From Polyangiales bacterium (lineage in GTDB: Bacteria > Myxococcota_A > Polyangia > Polyangiales > JADJQN01), in the NCBI GenBank assembly GCA_964202905.1, contig CAXNJO010000002.1:608001-672000 (forward strand): 64,000 nucleotides of DNA, written 5' to 3'. The notes under the pieces were generated by a model. That model ran no database searches and was not told where the DNA came from. It worked only from the letters and a program-made list of their open reading frames with translations. How positions within the stretch are numbered: position 1 is the stretch's first letter; the number at the start of each line of letters is the position of its first letter. The position numbers were made by a program, and so were the translations under genes. Shown here piece by piece: positions 23,823 through 35,652 of this stretch.

Positions 23823-25212
23823 TCACACGATCGACGCGTCCGCCGGCCCCGCGGGGAAGCGCGCGAGCGCGTCGGGCCAGCCCGCGCGGCCCCGCAGCGA
23901 CGCGAGGTCTTCGTCGCCCGCGACGTGCGCCCGCGTGAGCCCGCCGACACCCGCGGCGCGCGCGAGCCAGCCGAACGCGTCGTCCGCGCGGCCGGTGCGC
24001 GCGAGCGAACACGCGACGTTGAAGGCGTCGCGCGCCGTGCCCGTGCGCCCGAAGAGCCGCTCGCCGAGCACGGCCGCCGCATCGAAGCCGCCCTCCCCGT
24101 GCGTCTCTGCGACGAGCGCGGCGTAGGCCGAATCGGGCAGCAGCGCCTCGACGCGCGGGTCGGTCATCGCCGCGAGGAGCCGGTCCCACCAGCGGCCCCG
24201 CGCGAGCGCCTCGCACAAGCGCGCGGCGACCTCGGGCGCGGGGCGCGCCGCGAGCTCCCGCGTGAAGGCGGCGGCCGCGTGCTCGTAGTGCCCGTGCTCG
24301 AAGTCGACGATGCCACCGAGGAGCGGATCCGCCTCGAAGCCTTCGGGCAGCGACGCGAGCAGCTGCGCGGCGCGCCCGTGGTCGTGCGCGGCGACCGCGA
24401 TCCACGCGAGCAGCTCGAGCGCGCTCGCCGTCACGACCGGCGTCCGCGCCTCGGCCCGCACGCCCTCGCCGAGCACACGCGCGCGCTCCAGGTCGCCCGC
24501 ATCGAGCACCGCACGCGCCGCGGCGAGCCGCTCGAGGAGGCGCGCCTCCGCACCGCGCTTCCCCTCCGCGCGGAGGCCCATCACGGCCTGGAACACGAAG
24601 AACGCGGCCATCGCAGCGCCGATGGGCGCGCGCGAGCGCCGCCGCACACACGAGCGCGCCGACGAGGATCGTCACGCGGAGCGCCCAGAGGCGGCCCCGG
24701 CCGGGCAGCACGAGATCGAAGAGCGACGCGACCACCTGCCCGCCGTCGAGCGGATAGACGGGGATGAGGTTCAGCAGCCCCCAGCCCGCGTTCACCCACA
24801 CGATCGAGGCGACGAGGTACTCGGCGAGCGAGAGGCGCATCTGGATCCCGTCGAACGAGAGGCCCAACGCGAGGCCGAGGAACAGCGTCCCGACCCCGAA
24901 CGAGATCCCGGCGACCGGCCCGGCCAACGACACGAGCAGCCGCTTGCCCGCCGACGGCGCGCCCCCCTGCGGCGCCCACGCGGTGAGCCCACCCATGCCG
25001 TACAGCTCGATCGAGGGCGCGAACCCGAACGCGCGGATGACGAGCGCGTGGCCGAGCTCGTGCAGCAAGACGCCGCTGAAGACGACGGCCAGCCAGACGG
25101 CCAGCCGCATGGGGCGCGCGAGCTCCGAGAGCTGCAGGAAGAGCGAGAGAAACCAGAAGCTCGGGCTCACGGCGACGGGGATGCCGAAGAGCCGAAATCG
25201 CAGCGCGCCCAT
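23823..25212 (-). CDS. Site-2 protease (M50) with C-terminal TPR-like region, frameshifted near 24630
   Basis: FRLFGIPV, LLHELGH, SLAGP and NLIPVYPLDGG; reading continues in ORF 23823..24647 (helical repeats, FNVACSLAR). Confidence 0.8.
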
Positions 25213-25329
25213 CGCGTACCCTAGCAGTCGGCGCGCGCCCGCGAGCACGCGTGTGAGGGTGGGATCGAAGTGATGGACCGCACGGTGGACGTCGCGAGCG
25301 GGGGCGCGCTCCGGTAGTCTCGCCGCCCC

Positions 25330-26970
<1,641 letters not shown>

Positions 26971-27128
26971 GCGGCACCGCGTGTGCGCCGCGTGCGCACC
27001 GCGCCGACAGACACGCCGCAGCCGGTGAGAACGATCACGCGCGGCACCGCGGAGGGGCCTGCTCGTGAGCGCCCGCACGAGGCATCGCGCGCGCCGCACC
27101 TATCCTCGCGACCTCAAGAGGCCATTTC

Positions 27129-28556
27129 ATGTCGCTGACTGACTCCATCCCGAACAACGTCGATCTCGCCTCCGATCCGAAGCTCCTCCGCGCCCTCGAG
27201 AAGTGGCAGCCGAGCTTCCTCTCCTGGTGGCGCGACATGGGCCCCGAGGGCTTCCAGGCGGACCGCGTGTGGCTTCGCACCGCGACCAGCGTCGATCCCG
27301 ACGGCTGGGCCCACTACGACTTCGTGAAGATGCCCGAGTACCGCTGGGGCATCTTCCTCACGCCCCAGCGCGGTAATGGCGTGATCAAGTTCGGAGACAA
27401 CGCCGGCAAGCCGACGTGGGATCAGGTCCCCGGCGAGCTGCGCGGCATCCTCCGCCGCATCATCGTCACGCAGGCCGACACCGAGCCCGCGAGCGTCGAG
27501 CAGCAGCGGCTGCTCGGCAAGTGCGCGCCATCCCTCTACGACCTGCGCAACCTCTTCCAGGTGAACGTCGAGGAGGGCCGCCACCTCTGGGCGATGGTGC
27601 ACCTGCTGCATCAGTACTTCGGCAAGGATGGGCGCGAAGAGGCCGAGGGGCTCCTCGAGCGTCGCTCGGGCGACAAGGACAAGCCGCGCATCTTGAGCAC
27701 GTTCAACGAGACCACCGAGGAGTGGCTCTCGTTCTTCATGTTCACGATGTTCACGGACCGCGACGGCAAGTACCAGCTCGCCTCGCTCGCGGAGTCGGGC
27801 TTCGATCCGCTCGCCCGCGCGACGCAGTTCATGCTCACCGAGGAGAGCTTCCACCTCTTCACGGGCGAGACGGGTATCGACCGCATCGTGAAGCGCTCCG
27901 CCGAGCTCACGAAGCAGGACCCGAACGGCGACGCGCGCGCGCAGGGCGGCATCGATCTGCCGACTGTGCAGAAGTGGATCAACTTCTGGTTCTCGAGCGC
28001 CGTCGAACTCTTCGGCGGCGAGATCTCCTCGAACGCCGCGGACTACTTCGCGACGGGTCTCAAGGGCCGCTACAAGGAAGACCAGTACGCCGATCACCGG
28101 GCACTCGAGGAAATCTACGCGATCGAAGCGCTCGAGAACGGCCGCATCACGAAGCGGGAGGTGCCGCTCCGCAACGCGCTCAACGAGGTGCTCCGCGACG
28201 AGTACGTCGCCGACTGCGAGCGCGCGGTGCGCAAGTGGAACCGCACGATCGCGGCCGCCGGACTCGCGTACGAACTGACGCTGCCGAGCCGTCGCTTCAA
28301 CCGCTCGATGGGCATGTACGCGGGGATGCACTTCTCGCTGACGGGTGAGCCGATCAGCGCGGAGGAGTTCGAGGCGCGCCGCGACGCGTGGCTCCCGACG
28401 CCCGAGGACCGCGCCTTCGTGAAGTCGCTGATGGTCCCGGTCTACGAGCCGGGCCGCTTCGCGAACTGGATCGCGCCGCCCGCGCACGGCGTGAAGGGCA
28501 CGCCTGTCGAGTACGAGTACGTGAAGTTCAACGGCGCGGGCGCCGACGCCGAGTGA
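27129..28556 (+). CDS. boxB: Benzoyl-CoA 2,3-epoxidase, di-iron subunit
   Basis: IPNNV.L, WWRDMGP.GFQ, QADTEPASVEQQR, NVEEGRHLWAM and MLTEE..H. Confidence 0.95.
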   Translation: MSLTDSIPNNVDLASDPKLLRALEKWQPSFLSWWRDMGPEGFQADRVWLRTATSVDPDGWAHYDFVKMPEYRWGIFLTPQRGNGVIKFGDNAGKPTWDQVPGELRGILRRIIVTQADTEPASVEQQRLLGKCAPSLYDLRNLFQVNVEEGRHLWAMVHLLHQYFGKDGREEAEGLLERRSGDKDKPRILSTFNETTEEWLSFFMFTMFTDRDGKYQLASLAESGFDPLARATQFMLTEESFHLFTGETGIDRIVKRSAELTKQDPNGDARAQGGIDLPTVQKWINFWFSSAVELFGGEISSNAADYFATGLKGRYKEDQYADHRALEEIYAIEALENGRITKREVPLRNALNEVLRDEYVADCERAVRKWNRTIAAAGLAYELTLPSRRFNRSMGMYAGMHFSLTGEPISAEEFEARRDAWLPTPEDRAFVKSLMVPVYEPGRFANWIAPPAHGVKGTPVEYEYVKFNGAGADAE

Positions 28557-28644
28557 ACGGCCATTCAGCGCACTTGCACGGCGCGCGTCTCGCGCCGCGA
28601 TCGTCACGCACCTCGCCGCTCGCGTGCGTGCGCGCGCGGTTACG

Positions 28645-28953
28645 ATGCGCGGGGTGAACGACCCGAGCGAGACGCGCGCCGACGACGATGTGCTCTCCGT
28701 CCACTTCGGACGCAGCGCCAACTGCTCGTCGATCGGCAGCGTGGTCGACGTGCTCTTCGTGAGCGGTGTCGTGGGGACGGCGATGCTCGCCTCGGTCGCG
28801 GTGCTGCTCGGCGGCGCGCGCGAGGCGGACGCCGACGCCGATCCCGACGCGGGCGCGACGCCCGAGGCGCGCGGCGACGCGCATCGCGCCACCTCGGGTG
28901 ACGTCGCGAACGACGCCGCGGCGCGCGGGCGCGACGGGGACGCACCGCCGTGA
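28645..28953 (+). CDS. Small single-TM protein, candidate substrate/precursor of the adjacent rSAM enzyme
   Basis: About 100 aa: motif VLSVHFGRSANCSSIGS, hydrophobic helix VVDVLF..VAVLLGG, acidic tail; stop overlaps the rSAM start (GTGA); start ATG 28645 or GTG 28654. Confidence 0.7.
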   Translation: MRGVNDPSETRADDDVLSVHFGRSANCSSIGSVVDVLFVSGVVGTAMLASVAVLLGGAREADADADPDAGATPEARGDAHRATSGDVANDAAARGRDGDAPP

Positions 28954-30224
28954 AGGTCCTCCGCGCGCGCCCGGAGCGCTTCGGCGCGATCGTCGCGACC
29001 GAAGCGCCACCCGCGCTGGTGTCGGTGGGGCGTGCCCTCGCGCGCACGCTCGGCGTCGAGGGCGGCGCGCTCTGGGACGGGCCGTCGCCGGGCCTCGCGG
29101 TCGAGGCGCTGACAGGCCCGACGGAGGTGCACGTCGCGGTGACCGAGCGCTGCCCCGCGGGCTGCACCAGCTGCTACGCGGACGCGACGCCGACGGGCTT
29201 CGAGCCGCCGTTTGCGGAGGTGCGCGCGCGCCTCGACGCGCTCGCCGCCGTAGGCGCGTTCTCGGTGGCCTTCGGCGGGGGCGAGGCCGCGCTGCGCGAC
29301 GATCTGCCGGAGCTCGCCGCGCACGCACGCGCGCTCGGCCTCGTGCCCACCGTGACGACGAGCGGCCTCGGCATGACGGCGGCGCGCGCGGCGCGCTTCC
29401 GCGTCTTCGCGCAGGTCAACGTGAGCCACGACGGCGCGGCGGAGATCTACCGCGGCGTGCGGGGCTACGACGGCGCGCCGATCGCCGAGCGCGCGATCGC
29501 GTTGCTCCGCGAGGCCGGCGTGCCCGTCGGCGCCAACACGGTGCTGACGCGCGCGAGTTTCCCGCACCTCGAGGCGACGGCCGCGCACCTCGAGTCGCTC
29601 GGGTGCGTGGAGCTTCAATTGTTGCGGCTCAAACCTTCCGGCCGCGGCCGCCTCGACTACCTCGCGAAGCGCCTCGATGCGGGGCAGATCGCGGCCTTCG
29701 GCGCGACGCTCGCGCGGCTCTCGACGACACACCGCCTCGCGGTGCGGATCGACTGCGCGCTCCTCCCCTTCCTCGCCGGCTCGGGTACGACGACGCCCGC
29801 GGACGTGCTTGCGTACGGCGTGATGGGCTGCGAGGCCGGGCGCTCGCTCCTCGCGGTGCGCGCCGACGGCCGCGCCGCGCCCTGCAGTTTCTGGGAGAGC
29901 GACGCGCGCGCCGTCGGGCGCGAGGCCAACGCCGGCGATGCCGCCGCGCCGACGACGCCGGACGACGCCCTCCCGCGCGCGTGGCGCGAGGACGCGACGC
30001 TCGGCGCCTTCCGCGGCTACCAGCAGTCGCTGCCCGAGCCGTGCGCGTCCTGCGAATTCCGCGCGAGCTGCCGCGGCGGCTGCCGTATCGTCGCCGGCGC
30101 GCTCGGCGCGTCCCCCTGGGCGCCCGACCCCGAGTGCCCGCGCGTGCGGGCGCACGCCCGACCCGATCTCGATGCGCGGCCTCGACCGCGCCCGATCCAC
30201 AGCGACGGAGAACCCACGACATGA
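28950..30224 (+). CDS. Radical SAM/SPASM-domain protein
   Basis: CPAGCTSC (CxxxCxxC), GGGE, SPASM cysteines GCEAG..PCSF..CASC...SCRGGC..DPECP. Confidence 0.92.
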   Translation: MKVLRARPERFGAIVATEAPPALVSVGRALARTLGVEGGALWDGPSPGLAVEALTGPTEVHVAVTERCPAGCTSCYADATPTGFEPPFAEVRARLDALAAVGAFSVAFGGGEAALRDDLPELAAHARALGLVPTVTTSGLGMTAARAARFRVFAQVNVSHDGAAEIYRGVRGYDGAPIAERAIALLREAGVPVGANTVLTRASFPHLEATAAHLESLGCVELQLLRLKPSGRGRLDYLAKRLDAGQIAAFGATLARLSTTHRLAVRIDCALLPFLAGSGTTTPADVLAYGVMGCEAGRSLLAVRADGRAAPCSFWESDARAVGREANAGDAAAPTTPDDALPRAWREDATLGAFRGYQQSLPEPCASCEFRASCRGGCRIVAGALGASPWAPDPECPRVRAHARPDLDARPRPRPIHSDGEPTT

Positions 30225-30904
30225 GCGGACAGACGATCACGTTCCAGACCGCCTCGGGCCACGCGACCCCTGGCTACCTCGCGACCCCCGCCTCGGGCAC
30301 CGGCCCCGCCGTGCTGGTGCTGCAAGAGTGGTGGGGCCTCGTCCCCCACATCATGAGCGTCGCCGATCGCTTCGCAGCCGCGGGGTTCTTCGCGCTCGCG
30401 CCGGACCTCTACCACGGCGAATCGACGACCCACCCCGACGAGGCGGGCCGCCGCATGATGGCGCTCGACATCGCGCGCACCGGCGAGGATCTCCGCGCGG
30501 CCGCCGAGTACCTGCGCGCGCTGCCGGGCGTGTCGCCGAAGAAGGTCGGCGCGGTCGGCTTCTGCATGGGCGGCCAGCTCGCGCTTTACGGCTCTTGCGC
30601 GCACCCCGACATCATCGGCGCGCCGGTCGACTTCTACGGCGTGCACCCGAGCGTCACGCCCGCCGTAGAGAACCTCGCCGGCCCGGTGCTCGCGCACTTC
30701 GGTCGCACGGACGGCTTCGTGAACGAGCAGGTCGCGACCGAGCTCGTCGCGCGGATCCAGGCCGCCGGCAAGCAGATCGACGCGCACTTCTACGACGCGG
30801 GTCACGCCTTCTTCAACGACTCGCGGCCCGAGGCCTTCCACGCCGAGAGCGCGGCGCTCGCCTGGGATCGCACGATCGCCTTCCTTCACGCGCAGCTCGC
30901 CTGA
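30221..30904 (+). CDS. Dienelactone hydrolase family protein
   Basis: QEWWGL, APDLYHG, GFCMGG and GHAFFN; ATGA overlap with the rSAM gene. Confidence 0.92.
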   Translation: MSGQTITFQTASGHATPGYLATPASGTGPAVLVLQEWWGLVPHIMSVADRFAAAGFFALAPDLYHGESTTHPDEAGRRMMALDIARTGEDLRAAAEYLRALPGVSPKKVGAVGFCMGGQLALYGSCAHPDIIGAPVDFYGVHPSVTPAVENLAGPVLAHFGRTDGFVNEQVATELVARIQAAGKQIDAHFYDAGHAFFNDSRPEAFHAESAALAWDRTIAFLHAQLA

Positions 30905-30990
30905 AGGCGACGCGCACGCCGGTTCGCGCAGACGCGCGCGGGGGGTCGTGGCAGTGCGCCGCGGCCCTTTCGCGCGCGCGGCTTTCTCGC

Positions 30991-31054
30991 TTGACGCAGT
31001 GCGGCGAGCGGCACTAGCTTCCCACTGAATCGCGGTTCATTGACCATCGGTCAA
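30991..31054 (+). promoter_or_regulatory. Promoter plus two adjacent palindromes upstream of the acyl-CoA dehydrogenase
   Basis: TTGACG-18 nt-TAGCTT, then TGAATCGCGGTTCA (31026-31039) and TTGACC-atc-GGTCAA (31040-31054). Confidence 0.55.
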
Positions 31055-31085
31055 CGAGCCCGCCGCCCCCAGCGAGGAGGATCCC

Positions 31086-32924
31086 GTGCCGCAGCCGCTC
31101 AATCGCTACAAGGCCGATCTCCGTGAGATCAAGTTCGTCCTCTTCGAGCAGCTGAAGCTCGGAGAGTTGCTCGAGGGCCGCTACGGCGACTGGGACGAGG
31201 AGACGACCAGCACGGTCATCGACGAAGTCTACCGCTTCGCGTGCGAGGTCAGCGGCCCGTACAGCGCGATCGGCGACCACGAGGGTTGCCGCCTCGAGGA
31301 CGGCGAGGTCAAGACGCCCACCGGCTTCAAGGCTGCGTGGGACAAGCTCTACGCCGCCGGCTGGAAGTCGCTCTCGGTGCCCGACGAGTTCGGCGGACAG
31401 GGCGCGCCGCGCGTGATCGCCGCCGCGGTCGAAGAGTTCCTCAGCGGCTCGAACACCGCGTGGAACATGTATCCCGGCCTCACCGTCGGCGCGGCCGAGG
31501 TCATCGCGCACTTCGGCACCGACCGTCAGAAGAAGCTCTTCGCCGCGCGCATGCTCGCGGGCGAGATTGCCGGCACGATGTGCCTCTCGGAGCCGCAGGC
31601 CGGCTCGGACGTCGGCGCCTCGACGACGACGGCGTACAAGCAGGCCGACGGCACCTACAAGATCAAGGGCACCAAGTGCTGGATCTCCGGCGGTGATCAC
31701 GACCTCGCGAACAACGTCGCCCACCTCGTGCTCGCGCGCATCGAGGGCGCGATGGCCGGCACGAAGGGCCTCTCGCTCTTCATCGTGCCGAAGCACCGCG
31801 TGAACGACGACGGCAGCCTCGGCCAGCGCAACGACGTCACCGTCGCGAGCATCGAGCACAAGATGGGGCTCAACGGCTCGGCGACGTGCGTGCTGCAGTT
31901 CGGGGACGAAGACGGCTGCCTCGGCGAGCTCGTCGGCGGCGCCGAGCACCAGGGCATGCGCCAGATGTTCGTGATGATGAACTTCGCGCGCATCGGCGTC
32001 GGCATCCAGGGCCTCGCGATCGCGTCGAGCGCGTACCTCAACGCGCTCGAGTACGCGCGCGAGCGCAAGCAGGGCTCGTCGATCAAGAACTTCAAGGATC
32101 CCTCGGCCCCGCGTGTGGCGATCCTCGAGCACGCGGACGTGCGCCGCATGCTCCTCGACATGAAGGCCCGCGTGGAGGGCATCCGCGCGCTCATCCTGAA
32201 GCTCGCGATCCACCAGGACCGCGCCGAGTCGCTCCAGGGCAAGGACGACGCGGGCGCCGCGTACCACGCCTCGCAGATCGACCTCCTGACGCCGCTCGTG
32301 AAGGCGTACAGCTCCGACCAGTCGTTCCGCGTCTGCGAGACGGCCATCCAGGTCTTCGGCGGCTCGGGCTACACGCGCGACTACCCGGTCGAGCAGTACG
32401 CCCGCGACTCGAAGGTCTTCTCGATCTACGAGGGCACGAACCACATCCAGTCGCTCGACCTCGTCGCGCGCAAGCTCGGCCAGAACGGCGGCGCGGGCAC
32501 GCAGGCCTTCCTCGGCGACATCGCGAAGTTCTGCGCGGCCCACAAGGACCACGCGGCGCTCGGCCCGGCGGTCGCCGACCTCTCGGCCGCACACGAGGCG
32601 GTCGCGAGCACCGCGATGCAGTTCCTCATGTGGTTCCAGAGCGGGCAGATGCAGCGCGTGCCGCTCGTCGCCAACCGCTTCCTCGAGATGATGAGCGAGC
32701 TCGCGATCGGCTGGCTCCTCCTCGAGGGCGCGTCCATCGCGTGCGAGAAGACGGAGACGCTCCCGGCCGGCCACCCCGACGTCGCGTTCTACGCCGGCAA
32801 GAAGGCCGCCGCGATCTACTTCGCGCGCAACGTCCTGCCTGGCGTCGTGAACAACGCGCGCGTGATCGACGCCGGCGACACGAGCCCGATCGACATCCCC
32901 AACGCCGCGTTCGCGTCGATCTGA
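31086..32924 (+). CDS. Acyl-CoA dehydrogenase (long, about 600 aa subfamily)
   Basis: GTMCLSEPQAGSD, IEHKMG, YARERKQG, IQVFGGSGY and IYEGTNHIQ. Confidence 0.95.
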   Translation: MPQPLNRYKADLREIKFVLFEQLKLGELLEGRYGDWDEETTSTVIDEVYRFACEVSGPYSAIGDHEGCRLEDGEVKTPTGFKAAWDKLYAAGWKSLSVPDEFGGQGAPRVIAAAVEEFLSGSNTAWNMYPGLTVGAAEVIAHFGTDRQKKLFAARMLAGEIAGTMCLSEPQAGSDVGASTTTAYKQADGTYKIKGTKCWISGGDHDLANNVAHLVLARIEGAMAGTKGLSLFIVPKHRVNDDGSLGQRNDVTVASIEHKMGLNGSATCVLQFGDEDGCLGELVGGAEHQGMRQMFVMMNFARIGVGIQGLAIASSAYLNALEYARERKQGSSIKNFKDPSAPRVAILEHADVRRMLLDMKARVEGIRALILKLAIHQDRAESLQGKDDAGAAYHASQIDLLTPLVKAYSSDQSFRVCETAIQVFGGSGYTRDYPVEQYARDSKVFSIYEGTNHIQSLDLVARKLGQNGGAGTQAFLGDIAKFCAAHKDHAALGPAVADLSAAHEAVASTAMQFLMWFQSGQMQRVPLVANRFLEMMSELAIGWLLLEGASIACEKTETLPAGHPDVAFYAGKKAAAIYFARNVLPGVVNNARVIDAGDTSPIDIPNAAFASI

Positions 32925-33135
32925 GCGCAGCACCTCCCCCCGAGCGCGCGGCCCGACGTCACCGTCGGCGCCGCGCGTTTCGCGTTGGGGCGCGCTGCGT
33001 CGCATCGGGCGGCGCAGCCGCGACGGCGCGCGCTCCGCCTCGCCCGCGCGGCAGGGCCCGTCGCACGAGGCGGCGTGTCGCCGCGCCGCGATCGTGCTGG
33101 ACCCCGCGGCCGCGCTCCGGTACGCCTCGCGCACC

Positions 33136-34857
33136 ATGCGGCTCGAACGATTCCTCGACGATCTCGGCAGGCAGGCCCTCCACGACGCGCTCGGCGTCGA
33201 CGCGCCACCGGTCGTCCGCCCGACCTCCGACGCGAAGCACGGCGACTTCCAGCTCAACGGCGTGTTGCCGCTCGCCAAGCAACGCAAGCAGCCGCCGCGT
33301 GACCTCGCCGGGCCCGTCGCCGAGGCCCTCGCGCGGAGCGAGGCGGTGCTCGCCGCGGAGGTCGCGGGGCCGGGCTTCGTGAACCTCACGCTGCGCCCCG
33401 CGTGGCTCGCGGCGCGCCTCGACGAGGACCTGCGTGACCTCGCGCGCGACGGCGTGCCCGCGGTCGCGCAGGCGCAGCGCATCGTGGTCGACTACTCGAG
33501 CCCCAACATCGCCAAGCAGATGCACGTCGGGCACCTGCGCTCGACCATCCTCGGCGCGGCGATCGTCGCGCTCGCGCGCTACGTCGGGCACGACGTCCTC
33601 GGCGACAACCACCTCGGCGATTGGGGCACGCAGTTCGGCATGCTCATCGCGGGCATGCGCCACTTCGGCGACGAGGCCGCGCTCGCCGTCGACGCGATCA
33701 GCGAGCTCGAGCGCATCTACAAGCTCGCGACCGAGCGCGCGAAGTCGGACGAAGCCTTCGCCGACGAGGCGCGCGCCGAGCTCGCGAAATTGCAGGCGGG
33801 CGATCCGGTCAACCGCGCGCTCTGGGAGCGCTTCGTCGCCGCGACGCGCGTCGCGCTCGATCGCGTCTACGCGCGGCTCGGCGTGACGTTCGACGAGTGG
33901 CTCGGCGAGAGCGCGTACGACGCGATGCTGCCCGGCGTCGTCGACGACCTGCTCGCCCGCGGGCTCGCGCGCGAGGATGGCGGCGCGGTGTGCGTCTTCT
34001 TCGAGGACGTGCCGGAGCTCGCGAAGATCGAGACGCCGTTCATCGTGCGCAAGAAGGACGGCGCCTTCCTCTACGCGACGACCGACCTCGCGACGATCCT
34101 GCACCGGCGCGATCACTTCCACGCCGAGCGCAGCATCTACGTCGTCGACATGCGGCAGTCGTTGCACTTCAAACAATTGTTCGCGCTCGCGCGGAAGCTC
34201 GGCGTGTCGATGCGTCTCGAGCACGTCGGCTTCGGCACCGTGCTCGGCGAGGACGGCAAGCCGCTGAAGGCGCGCGAGGGCAAGGCCGTGACGCTCGCCT
34301 CGCTGCTCGACGAGGCCGAGTCGCGCGCGGCCGCGCGCATCCGCGAAGAGGGCCTCGACGTGCCCGAGGAGGAGCTCGCCGCGGTGGCGCGGGCCGTCGG
34401 CATCGGGGCCGTCAAGTACTCGGATCTACGACAGAATCGGCTGAGCGACTACCAGTTCGACTGGGACAAGATGATCTCGTTCAAGGGCAACGCGGGGCCG
34501 TACCTGCAGTACGCCTACGCGCGCATCGGCAGCCTCTTCCGCAAGGGCGCGATCGACCCGGCGGCGGCGAGCGGGCCGCTCGTGCTCGACGCGCCCGAAG
34601 AGCTCGCGCTCGCGCGGCAGCTCGCGCGCTTCGGCGACGTGGTGCACGACGCGGCGGAGAGCTGCGAGCCGCACCGCGTGTGCGATCACCTCTTCGCGAT
34701 CGCGCGGCTCTTCAGTGGCTTCTACGAGGCGTGCCCCGTGCTCCGCGCCGACGACGCGGCGACGCGGGCCTCGCGCGTCGCGCTCTGCTGGCTCACGCAG
34801 CGCCAGCTCGCGCGCGGTCTCGCGCTGCTCGGCCTCGCGACGATCGAACGGATGTAG
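33136..34857 (+). CDS. argS: Arginine--tRNA ligase
   Basis: DYSSPNIAKQMHVGHLRSTI, NHLGDWGTQFG, YATTDLA, YLQYAYARI and terminal ERM. Confidence 0.97.
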   Translation: MRLERFLDDLGRQALHDALGVDAPPVVRPTSDAKHGDFQLNGVLPLAKQRKQPPRDLAGPVAEALARSEAVLAAEVAGPGFVNLTLRPAWLAARLDEDLRDLARDGVPAVAQAQRIVVDYSSPNIAKQMHVGHLRSTILGAAIVALARYVGHDVLGDNHLGDWGTQFGMLIAGMRHFGDEAALAVDAISELERIYKLATERAKSDEAFADEARAELAKLQAGDPVNRALWERFVAATRVALDRVYARLGVTFDEWLGESAYDAMLPGVVDDLLARGLAREDGGAVCVFFEDVPELAKIETPFIVRKKDGAFLYATTDLATILHRRDHFHAERSIYVVDMRQSLHFKQLFALARKLGVSMRLEHVGFGTVLGEDGKPLKAREGKAVTLASLLDEAESRAAARIREEGLDVPEEELAAVARAVGIGAVKYSDLRQNRLSDYQFDWDKMISFKGNAGPYLQYAYARIGSLFRKGAIDPAAASGPLVLDAPEELALARQLARFGDVVHDAAESCEPHRVCDHLFAIARLFSGFYEACPVLRADDAATRASRVALCWLTQRQLARGLALLGLATIERM

Positions 34858-34946
34858 GGCGAACGGATGTAGGGCGAGCGCTCGTCGGCGCGCGACGGGC
34901 TCGCGCGGCGCACCGGTCGCGGCGAGATGACGTCGCGGCGCGCGGG

Positions 34947-35536
34947 TCAGGGCGCGCGCGGGGTCGTCTCGCTCTCGATGCGGTCCCCCGCGGGGGCGCC
35001 GGCGATCGCCGCCGCGGCGACCGCGGGGATCGGAAGCACGAGCTCGACGTTCTGGTTCTCCGGCGCGGTCGCGGAGGAAGCCGTCCACCGTCGCCGAGAG
35101 CACGAGGCCGGGCGAGCCGCCCGTCTCGTCGCTCGTGTCGAGCGCGATCACGCGAAGCCGGCCGGGAATGGCGTCGTACGCGCAGTTCGCGCCAAGCGCG
35201 GTGTCGGGCGTGCCCGTGTAGCCGTGCCCCGGCGGGCCGGGCTCCGCGCGTGTCGGCGAGGAGCGTCGCGACGAGCTGGTCGCGAGCGACGAGCGCACGC
35301 TCCGGACCGCAGGGGACGGCGCCGCGCGCGACGGGCGCGTGCCAGCGCTCGCAATCGCGGGTTCCGCTGCTCGCGCGCGTGCCGGTCGTCGCCGCACGCT
35401 TCGTGTCGGCGTCGGGGGCGGCCGCGTCAGGCGGCCCGGCATCAGGGGCCGGCGCGTCCTCGCCGCACGCGGGACCCAGCGCGACGCGGAGCACGGCAGC
35501 GGCGGACGCGGACACGAGCACGCGACGCAGGGCCAT
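34947..35536 (-). pseudogene. Internally deleted, frameshifted lipoprotein, possibly a metallophosphoesterase remnant
   Basis: Lipobox-like N-terminus (GPAC.EDAPAPDAG), then GHGY..RVIALDT..GG in a second frame, then NQNVEL.. to stop in another frame. Confidence 0.4.
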
Positions 35537-35652
35537 GCGGCGACGGTGTCGTGCGCTTGTCTCGCGCGTGACGACATTCGCCCGCCACGTCCGTGCGGCG
35601 CCGGTGCTATCCTGCGCGCTCCCGTTTGAAAGCCCGCCGCGGAAGGACGCTC

